From: Chthoniobacteraceae bacterium
GTDB taxonomy: Bacteria; Verrucomicrobiota; Verrucomicrobiia; Chthoniobacterales; Chthoniobacteraceae
Reading direction: 5' to 3'
DNA: 25,225 nt
Assembly: GCA_031409335.1 (NCBI GenBank)
Contig: JANNWY010000163.1
Coordinates: 1 to 25,225, forward strand
This document shows, piece by piece, positions 1 to 6,502 of this stretch (positions are counted from its first letter, which is position 1; each line of letters opens with the position of its first letter). The notes below the pieces were generated by a model. That model was not told where the DNA came from and did no database searches. It was given only the letters and a program-made list of their open reading frames with translations. The position numbers and the translations under genes were made by a program.

Positions 1-216
1 GTTCAGGCAGGCCCAGAAGACGAGCGGCAGCGGCAGCCAGCGGAGGCGTTTGAAGGGCAGCGAAGCCAGTTCGTGGAGCGCCTCAATGGGTAGCCAGGCG
101 CGGGCGAGGCTTTCGAGGCTGTGAAAGTCCTTGGCTTTTGCGAGCCGCTCCCGAACCGCGCGCATGGGTGCGAGTTGTGGACGGAAGGCTGGGAAGTCGG
201 ATTGGCGTGTTGACAT
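1..216 (-). CDS. IS4-family transposase, N-terminal part (continues off the left edge)
   Basis: Own translation from ATG at 216: MSTRQSDFPAFRPQLAPMRAVRERLAKAKDFHSLESLARAWLPIEALHELASLPFKRLRWLPLPLVFWACLN. The frame is open to the edge. The R-x-R...L-x-F-W-x-x-L pattern resembles IS4-family transposase N-termini, and an IS4-like terminal repeat lies ~70 bp upstream. Not in the ORF track. Confidence 0.7.
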   Translation of the reverse strand, partial: MSTRQSDFPAFRPQLAPMRAVRERLAKAKDFHSLESLARAWLPIEALHELASLPFKRLRWLPLPLVFWACLN

Positions 217-284
217 GCAACATATTCTCCCAGAACACGTTGCATGTAAACAATATAAATGCCTGAGCGCGTTTGTTTTACGCA

Positions 285-301
285 CTAATTGAGCGCCATT
301 A
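285..301 (-). repeat. Putative IS4-family terminal inverted repeat
   Basis: TAATGGCGCTCAATTAG resembles the IS4 end as I recall it (TAATGCCGATCAGTTAAG). The partner repeat would lie outside the window. Confidence 0.6.
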
Positions 302-319
302 AGCAACGACCCCTTTCCC

Positions 320-526
320 CTCTTCGTCATCCTCACCGCCGACCACGGCAACGACCCGACGTGGCGCGGCACCGATCACACGCGCGAAGAAGTCCCGCTC
401 ATCGTCCTCCACGGCAAAAGTGCCGCCGCGCTCGGCACCCGCGCGACCTTCGCGGATGTGGCCGCCTCACTCGCAAAATACTTTGCGTTATCAAACGCGT
501 GGCCTGTCGGAGAAGCGTTCGTCTGA
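320..526 (+). pseudogene. deoB: Phosphopentomutase C-terminal fragment (5'-truncated)
   Basis: Own translation: [85 protein letters not shown] and TFAD are DeoB signatures. No start codon; the fragment begins ~20 bp after the IS end. Confidence 0.88.
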
Positions 527-639
527 GACCGGGAGGCGTATGCTGCCCCGGTATTTTCCGTCTCCTCGTTCCCCGTCGCGGACGCGAACTCGATGAAATG
601 TCCCGTCCCGCGCCACCACACGCTGATGACATCGAGATT

Positions 640-2499
640 CTAGCGCTGACCCTCTGCTCCCCTTCCAGAGTCCACTTCCACCACTTCCAACGCCTGCTCG
701 ATCAGGTCGAATACCACGCCGAATCCGGAAAAATCCTCAGCAGTGCCATCCTTGCAAAGCCAGGTGCAAAGATTCTTTTTTTCATCGCTGTTCACCTGAA
801 GTATCTCTGGTTCCAGCGCCTCCTCACCCCGGACTGTCTTCCTAATCTCCGGTGTCACGTCGATGAATTTTCCGTTGTGCGCTCTTGCCTTAGCGATGGT
901 GCTTTCTGGAAAAAGATTCTCGATGCCTTTACGAACTGGATTGTTCGCGACGGTAGGGATCACCCGTCTGGCTACCTTGCCTCGATTGTCGTCCTGCGTT
1001 TTAACGTCGCAGTCAAAAAGCAGCACCACGCGCTGCGCTAGGGCATTGCAAAATTTTCGATCCAAATTCTTCCAGAGATTCTGGATCGAGCCAAAGCCCC
1101 CGCCATCGTGGAGTTGCACGCTTTGTAAGAGCGCGGCGCGGTTGAGGAATTGGGCAGCCTTCGTCAGATAATGGATATCGTAGTCGCCCTCGACAACGAC
1201 GAGCGGCTTGCGCGACGCGTCTATGGCGCTAGCGATTTCCTTCTTATAGGTGTCCGAGTTCTTGAGAGTATCGAAGGCCCGCTGAAATTCGGAGAATCGC
1301 TCCACGCCGATCTCTCCGGCTTCGGGCAATTCCAACACTACGAAACCGTCCTCGGTCAGTTCGTTGCGAAGGCCGAGCAGGAATAGAGGCGAATGGGAAG
1401 TCAGGATGAACTGCACCTTGGGGAACCGCTTGATGAGCTTCGGCAGCACTATGCTCTGCAACTCGCAGTGAAGGTGGGCGTCGATTTCATCGACGATCAC
1501 GATGCCACGCACATCTTCCAACGTCGTGAAGGTGGCACCGGACTCGTCATAATCGCGAATGATCGAGAGGAACAGATTCAGTACCGCCGTCTCACCGGTG
1601 GAAAGTTGGAACACATTCGGAACCCACTGTTGGTCCTTTAGGTCTACGGAAATAGTGCGGCTTTTTCGCGGGCCGACGGAAAAATGCGCGTCCGCATTCC
1701 GTAGGATGACCTGAAGGATTTCGTTCAGAGCCCTGTCGATCATCGTCGAAGGCCCAGCGTATTCCGGAGGGATTTGTGAAGGAATCACGGGTTGCAGCCC
1801 AAACTGTAGCGTCCCTAACGATACAGGTGCCCATGGCATCTTCAGTTCGTTAAGATTCCGATCAAAAATTACATCAAGCAGAAAGTTCCGGTTTCGTGCC
1901 AGTGGAGCATGCTGAATAATTGTCCGATTTGAGCGCCCCGAGATTCGCTTGAAGTCCTTGAGTTCGGCCCGCCGCGTGAGGTTTTCCAGATTAAGCCATC
2001 CCGGCTCTTCAAATCGGTTTGCTGGGAAATACAAAAGGCAGTTCTGATCCACGAGCTTTTCTACTTCCGACTGCTTCTCCTCCATGTTGGACCAAAACAC
2101 TTCCCCTTTGTCCTCGTTGATGAGCTTCCAGCTGATGTGGTTGTGGCGGGGTCCGTATTTCTCCTCGTAAGCCTTTCGCGTCATCCGCAGTTGCCACTCG
2201 GTTGTTTCAATGCCGTTCTCAAAGACCAAATGCCCAAAATAGTATTCCTGTCCTGACCGGATATACCCCGGCGAGCGCAGCTTGTAGACTCTTCCCTTTT
2301 CGACCTCGCTCTTGTCATACAGCGTCGCATGTGTTGCAAGCAACGCGTTGGCGACGAACGAAAGGACGATGCTCTTGCCCGAGCCATTAGGACCGACAAG
2401 CACCAGCGGCTTTGGATTCCCATTTTCCGCGAAAGGAAGAGTGTAGCTCACGTCAGAAATGGGACCGGTATTCTGCAGGACAAGTCGTTTCAGGTACAT
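640..2499 (-). CDS. ABC/AAA_21-type ATPase fused to a C-terminal TOPRIM domain (OLD/PARIS-like ATP-dependent nuclease), 619 aa
   Basis: Likely start MYLKRLVLQNTGPIS at 2499, a typical SMC/ABC-ATPase N-terminal strand. Walker A GPNGSGKS, signature LSTGE, Walker B IVIVDEIDAHLH, H-loop LTSHSP. TOPRIM motifs VVVEGDYD, GGG, LLFDCD and GIENLF. The extra 250 N-terminal codons in the ORF track run through repeats and are not credible. Confidence 0.88.
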   Translation of the reverse strand: MYLKRLVLQNTGPISDVSYTLPFAENGNPKPLVLVGPNGSGKSIVLSFVANALLATHATLYDKSEVEKGRVYKLRSPGYIRSGQEYYFGHLVFENGIETTEWQLRMTRKAYEEKYGPRHNHISWKLINEDKGEVFWSNMEEKQSEVEKLVDQNCLLYFPANRFEEPGWLNLENLTRRAELKDFKRISGRSNRTIIQHAPLARNRNFLLDVIFDRNLNELKMPWAPVSLGTLQFGLQPVIPSQIPPEYAGPSTMIDRALNEILQVILRNADAHFSVGPRKSRTISVDLKDQQWVPNVFQLSTGETAVLNLFLSIIRDYDESGATFTTLEDVRGIVIVDEIDAHLHCELQSIVLPKLIKRFPKVQFILTSHSPLFLLGLRNELTEDGFVVLELPEAGEIGVERFSEFQRAFDTLKNSDTYKKEIASAIDASRKPLVVVEGDYDIHYLTKAAQFLNRAALLQSVQLHDGGGFGSIQNLWKNLDRKFCNALAQRVVLLFDCDVKTQDDNRGKVARRVIPTVANNPVRKGIENLFPESTIAKARAHNGKFIDVTPEIRKTVRGEEALEPEILQVNSDEKKNLCTWLCKDGTAEDFSGFGVVFDLIEQALEVVEVDSGRGAEGQR

Positions 2500-2650
2500 G
2501 ATTGCGTATATCGCCCCAGCATCGGTTGTGGAAGTGCCGCGCAGGAAGGACGGGGCCAGCATTAGCATCCCGCTCATCCTGGCACCACGAAATTGATCGG
2601 GCGGCCTGCTGAGGCGAAAAGATTCAAACACGCCTCGGAAGAGGCGGGCT

Positions 2651-2680
2651 TTTCCGCCTCGCTCCCAAGTTGGGAACGAG
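2651..2680. repeat. REP-like palindrome (CTCG[C/T]TCCCAAG-TTGGGAACGAG type)
   Basis: Imperfect inverted repeat ctcgctccca-agt-tgggaacgag. The stretch tttccgcctcg(c/t)tcccaagttg recurs directly at 2745-2766. Confidence 0.6.
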
Positions 2681-2703
2681 TGAAACAAACCCAGCATTCG
2701 ACC

Positions 2704-2734
2704 GGTAGGGCGCGCTGGCCCAGCGCGCCCTACC
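2704..2734. repeat. GTAG-type REP-like perfect palindrome
   Basis: GGTAGGGCGCGCTGG-C-CCAGCGCGCCCTACC: perfect 15-bp arms beginning with the GTAG tetranucleotide typical of one REP class. Confidence 0.7.
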
Positions 2735-2914
2735 CGCACCCACCTTTCCGCCTCGTTCCCAAGTTGCACCCTCGGGTGATCGCGCAATTCCTCTGGCGTT
2801 CTACAGAGTAAAAGCGGCTCAAGCGGGAAGGGGTCGCTTCCAGAAGCTCGCTCCTGGCAGCCCCGTTCCCCGCTTGTGCCAGTGCGCGGCTGGCGATTTT
2901 TAGCCATCCGGCAA

Positions 2915-2964
2915 GTCGGATGTCGATATCCGAGGTCGGATTTCGATATCCGATCTCGGATATG
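2915..2964. repeat. 20-bp self-palindromic tandem repeat, ~2.5 copies
   Basis: gtcggatgtcgatatccgag / gtcggatttcgatatccgat / ctcggatatg. Each full unit has TCGGAT...ATCCGA arms. Confidence 0.8.
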
Positions 2965-2965
2965 G

Positions 2966-3200
2966 GCAATCCCAGATGGAGTTGCCCGTGTTCCCGGCCA
3001 GTTTGCCCGCAATCCCAGATGGAGTTGCCCGTGTTCCCGGCGGGTTTGCGCACATGCCGAGATGGGGTTGCCCGCGTTCCCGGCGGGATTGCACACAGGC
3101 CGGGATGGGGTTGCCGGTGTTCCCGGCCAGCTTGCCCGCAAGCCCAGATGGGGTTGCCCACAGAACAAGATGGTTTTGCCCACAAACAAGATGGGTTTTC
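2966..3200. repeat. 43-bp degenerate tandem repeat (4 full units plus 21-22-bp sub-units)
   Basis: The (a/g)gatgg anchor recurs at 2974, 3017, 3060, 3103 and 3146 (period 43), then 3168 and 3189 (22, 21). Unit approx. gcaatcccagatggagttgcccgtgttcccggccagtttgccc. Confidence 0.9.
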
Positions 3201-3202
3201 CT

Positions 3203-3370
3203 GCGAAGACGTTTTGCTCGGGGAGCAGCCTGACCGGGGTGGTGCGCATCCATGTGGTGATCGCGAATGCGACCGCCGGGACGGTGCAGCTTCAGGCGCG
3301 CAACAGCAGCGGCAGCGGCACAGTGACGATCAAGGCCAACTCGGATCTCGTGGCGCGGCGGACGGGCTAA
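3203..3370 (+). pseudogene. Orphan 3' gene fragment resembling C-termini of phage tail/minor structural proteins
   Basis: AKTFCSGSSLTGVVRIHVVIANATAGTVQLQARNSSGSGTVTIKANSDLVARRTG*. Protein-like with GC-ending codons and no credible start; the upstream DNA is the repeat array. The family resemblance is from memory only. Confidence 0.4.
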
Positions 3371-6300
3371 TTTCCCTCTCGTCGTTCCCGAGCTTTGAGG
3401 AACGGACGACCCTCCCCGGACGCCCGATCAGCGCGGAGACGCCGATGGCGAGCAGGCTCAGCGATCCGGGCTCCGGCACGGGAAGGGAAGGCGAGCCGGC
3501 CGGCAATTCTTCGCCGCCAAACGGGGGTGCCGGCGGCGGGATCGCACCGATGGTGACGGTCGCCCCGTCAGCGATGTTGAGCGCGGCGAGTGTCTCGTCC
3601 GCGCCGATGTTCGTCGTGCCGGTGTTGGCGTTCAGCGCCAGTATCACCGCGCCGGTTTCGTCCCCGAATGGCCCGGGCGGGGCCGGGACGGGCTCGTTCT
3701 CCAAATTCACCACTCCGCCATTCCCGATGGTCAGCGAGGCGAGCGTCTGACTCGTGTTGAAATCCACCATCGCGCTCGCGCCGGTCGGGGTCACGTTCAC
3801 GGTCGAGGTGCCGCTGCCGAGCGGGGTGAAAAGCTTCGTCGTTCCAGCCTGTGCGAGCAGTGCGGAATAGCTCTGCGGGCCGGTGATCGCGAGCAGGCCG
3901 CCGCCGGCTTTGGTGATCGAGCCGTCGGTGATGCTGGCGTTGAGGAACATGTCGAAGTCGTCACTGCCGTTCGCGACGGCGATGGTGCGCACGCCGCCGC
4001 CGAGGCTGAGATGGCCGCTGATGTTTGCGCTGAAATTGGAAGCCAGCACGTCGATCGGACCGGTGACGGTGAGCAGGCCCGAGCCGGTTTCCACGGCACC
4101 ACCTTCGATCCCGAGCGAGGGGATCGTCTCGTCGAAATTGTTGAGATCGAGGAAGCCGGAGGACCGCACGGTCACGGGCGTGGTGTTGCCGATTTGATTC
4201 GGCGCGCGCAACTGCACGCGGTCGGCCTGGCTGCCGCCGATGCCGTCGCCGACGATGAAGGTGCTGCCGACGACCGCATTCACGCCGCCCGTTTTTGCGA
4301 GCAGCAGCGTGCCTTCGTTCACATTCACCGGGCCGGTGAACGTATTCGCCGCACTGCCGCCGATCGACAAAGTGCGCGTGCCCGCCTTCAACAAACCGCG
4401 CCCTGCTGCATCCTGCCCGATCACGCCGTTGAGGCTCGTGAGCGCCGTATTCGTCGTGGTGATCGTGCGCGTGCCGGTGAGCGTGGTGGCTCCGCCGAGC
4501 GCCAACTCCTGCGCGCCGGAAACCGTGATGTTTCCGCCAATGGTCAGCAGATTTGCGAGCACGAGCGGCTGTTCATTCGAGCGGACGCGCGCGGTGTCAT
4601 TCAAGACGAGCAGGCCCGTGCCCGCGGAGGTGTTACTCCCGAGGCTCACCTCGCCGCCATTCACCGTGAGCCCGCCGGCGAAGGTGTTGGAAGTCGCGAG
4701 CACTAGCGCGCCGCTGCCTGTTTTGAGCACGCCGCCATTGGAGACCTCACCGGCCATATTCAGATCGACCGATCCAGGCCCATCGCTCACGTCGAAAGTG
4801 CGCGTCGCCCCGCCGAGATTGAGATCGCCGGAGATCACCGAAGTCACCGTGGGGGCGGTGGCGGTGATGTTTCCTCCCACCGTCAGCGTGCCCGCTCCGG
4901 CGAAGACCGTTGCCGAGTGCAGCGTGAGCGCTCCGATGGTCTCCGAGAAATTTGCCAGGTTGAACCGTCCGCCCGTGTTGATGATCACGCTGCTCGCGTT
5001 CGCGATCTGGTTGCTCGCGCCGAGTTCCACGCTCGCCTGGTGCGTGCCATCGCCGATCGTGAGCGTGCCTTGGACGGCGGTAACGCCCGCGGTTTTCCCG
5101 AGCAAGAGTCGTCCATCATTCACGATGGTCGGGCCGACGGAGGTAGTCGCGATCGTGCCGCTCAAGGTGAGCGTGCCGCTGCCCGTTTTCGTGATACTGC
5201 TCAGCAGGGTGTCGCTGCTGAAGCTGCCGGAAAAAATCGTCTGCGCGCTGTTCGTCACATTCAGCGTGCGGCTGCCGGAGAGCGTGGTCGCTCCGGTAAA
5301 GGTCAGGTCGCGAATTCCGGTGAAATTAGCATCGCCGGCGATCGTCACCGCATTCGGCAACGTCGCCGCGTCGAATTCGCTGCGGATCGCGGCTCCCGCG
5401 TTGATGATCAGCGGCCCGGTCCCGGCACCGCTGCTTCCGCTCACCATCAGTTCGCCCACGCTCACCGTCACGCCGCCCGCAAAAGTGTTCGCCCCGCCGA
5501 GGACGAGCGTGCCCGCGCCGGTTTTCAGGATCGAGCCATTCGCGATCGTCGCGGTGACGGCGAGATCCCTCTCCAGCGCGAAATTTCCCACGTCGAAAGT
5601 CCGCGCTCCGTTCAGATCGAGCGCGCCCGAGATGAGCGAAAAACCGGCTGCCGGGGAAACGACGTTGCCGCCAAGAGACAGCGTGCCCGCGCCCGTCTGC
5701 ACCGTGCTGTTGCTCAACGAAAGACTGCCGATGAGATCGGAAAAGCCGTTCAAATCCAGCGTGCCTCCGCTGGTCAAAGTGACCGCCGCGCCGTTCGCGA
5801 TCTGGTTGCTCGCGAGCAGCACGACGCTCACCGTTCCGCCGCTCACCGTCAGCGCACCCGGGATCGCGATGACACCACCCGTCTTCGCCAGCTCCAGCAC
5901 GCCCGTGAGCACCGTCGTCGTGCCCGAGTAGATGTTTCCCGTTGCGCCATCCAGCTGCAGCGTGTCCTGGCCAATTTTTTTCAGCCCGCCGCTCCCGCTC
6001 ACCACGCCAGACAAAAACACATTTCCCGCCGCCGCCTCGACGGTCAGCAGATGCCCGCTGGTGCTCACGGTGCCATTGATATCGAGGGCGAAGTTTCCCG
6101 CCGTGCGAAATGTCTGCGCCGCCGCGAGGATGATGTTGTTCGCGATGTCCTGCTGCGTCGCCGCATTGGTCGTCACGCCGCCTGCGCCAATCGTGAGCGG
6201 GCTGCCCTGGATCGTGAAGGCTCCCGCGTTGCCGGCAAAGGTCAGCGAAGCGATGCTCCACGCCGCATCCGCCTCGGCATTCAGCCGCGTCGAGCCCGCG

Positions 6301-6479
6301 AAAAGCAGGTCCGCCGTGCCGTCGCTCGGCGGAGAACCATTTGGGGACCAGTTCCCGGCGTTGCTCCAGTCGTTGTCGGCGAGAAACGCCCCGCCGTCCC
6401 AAGTGAAGCTTGCCGCTTTCAGCGAAGCGTGACCGACAAGAAATGCCGCGATCGTCGCGGTGAGGATGCGTGTTTTCAT
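3330..6479 (-). CDS. Secreted autotransporter-associated beta-strand repeat (PATR) protein with PEP-CTERM sorting signal, 1049 aa (gene A)
   Basis: Signal peptide MKTRILTATIAAFLVGHASLKA. TWDGG..W..AGNW cap. Multiple LxKxGxGTLxLxGxNT(F/Y)xG repeats. Pro-rich linker then VPEPGSLSLLAIGVSALIGR. No beta-barrel translocator visible. Confidence 0.9.
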   Translation of the reverse strand: MKTRILTATIAAFLVGHASLKAASFTWDGGAFLADNDWSNAGNWSPNGSPPSDGTADLLFAGSTRLNAEADAAWSIASLTFAGNAGAFTIQGSPLTIGAGGVTTNAATQQDIANNIILAAAQTFRTAGNFALDINGTVSTSGHLLTVEAAAGNVFLSGVVSGSGGLKKIGQDTLQLDGATGNIYSGTTTVLTGVLELAKTGGVIAIPGALTVSGGTVSVVLLASNQIANGAAVTLTSGGTLDLNGFSDLIGSLSLSNSTVQTGAGTLSLGGNVVSPAAGFSLISGALDLNGARTFDVGNFALERDLAVTATIANGSILKTGAGTLVLGGANTFAGGVTVSVGELMVSGSSGAGTGPLIINAGAAIRSEFDAATLPNAVTIAGDANFTGIRDLTFTGATTLSGSRTLNVTNSAQTIFSGSFSSDTLLSSITKTGSGTLTLSGTIATTSVGPTIVNDGRLLLGKTAGVTAVQGTLTIGDGTHQASVELGASNQIANASSVIINTGGRFNLANFSETIGALTLHSATVFAGAGTLTVGGNITATAPTVTSVISGDLNLGGATRTFDVSDGPGSVDLNMAGEVSNGGVLKTGSGALVLATSNTFAGGLTVNGGEVSLGSNTSAGTGLLVLNDTARVRSNEQPLVLANLLTIGGNITVSGAQELALGGATTLTGTRTITTTNTALTSLNGVIGQDAAGRGLLKAGTRTLSIGGSAANTFTGPVNVNEGTLLLAKTGGVNAVVGSTFIVGDGIGGSQADRVQLRAPNQIGNTTPVTVRSSGFLDLNNFDETIPSLGIEGGAVETGSGLLTVTGPIDVLASNFSANISGHLSLGGGVRTIAVANGSDDFDMFLNASITDGSITKAGGGLLAITGPQSYSALLAQAGTTKLFTPLGSGTSTVNVTPTGASAMVDFNTSQTLASLTIGNGGVVNLENEPVPAPPGPFGDETGAVILALNANTGTTNIGADETLAALNIADGATVTIGAIPPPAPPFGGEELPAGSPSLPVPEPGSLSLLAIGVSALIGRPGRVVRSSKLGNDEREISPSAAPRDPSWP
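3379..3409. repeat. REP-like hairpin at convergent gene ends (possible terminator)
   Basis: tcgtCGTTCC-cgagctttga-GGAACGgacga, with the same CGTTCC...GGAACG core as 2658-2680. Confidence 0.4.
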
Positions 6480-6502
6480 AAGGCGGAAACGTGCGGCAAC
6501 AG

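Larger units (their letters stand above)
1..301 (-). mobile_element. IS4-family insertion sequence, left end (partial)
   Basis: Transposase start at 216 plus a terminal sequence at 285-301 that reads TAATGGCGCTCAATTAG on the minus strand. Confidence 0.65.

Noticed and set aside
3..1041. ORF-track calls 3-245 (-), 289-1041 (+), 376-621 (-) and 399-632 (-)
   Set aside because: Wrong frames; the recognisable products here are the transposase start (1-216, -), the deoB fragment (320-526, +) and the ATPase-TOPRIM 3' end.
640..2900. Retron or Gabija system
   Set aside because: No reverse transcriptase or UvrD-like helicase is adjacent, and I see no convincing msr/msd terminal inverted repeat.
2966..3200. 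Possible CRISPR array
   Set aside because: Units are contiguous and degenerate with no unique spacers, and there are no cas genes in the window.
2500..3249. 250-aa N-terminal extension of the ATPase-TOPRIM ORF in the ORF track
   Set aside because: It translates hairpins and non-triplet repeats; the family-typical N-terminus starts at ATG 2499.
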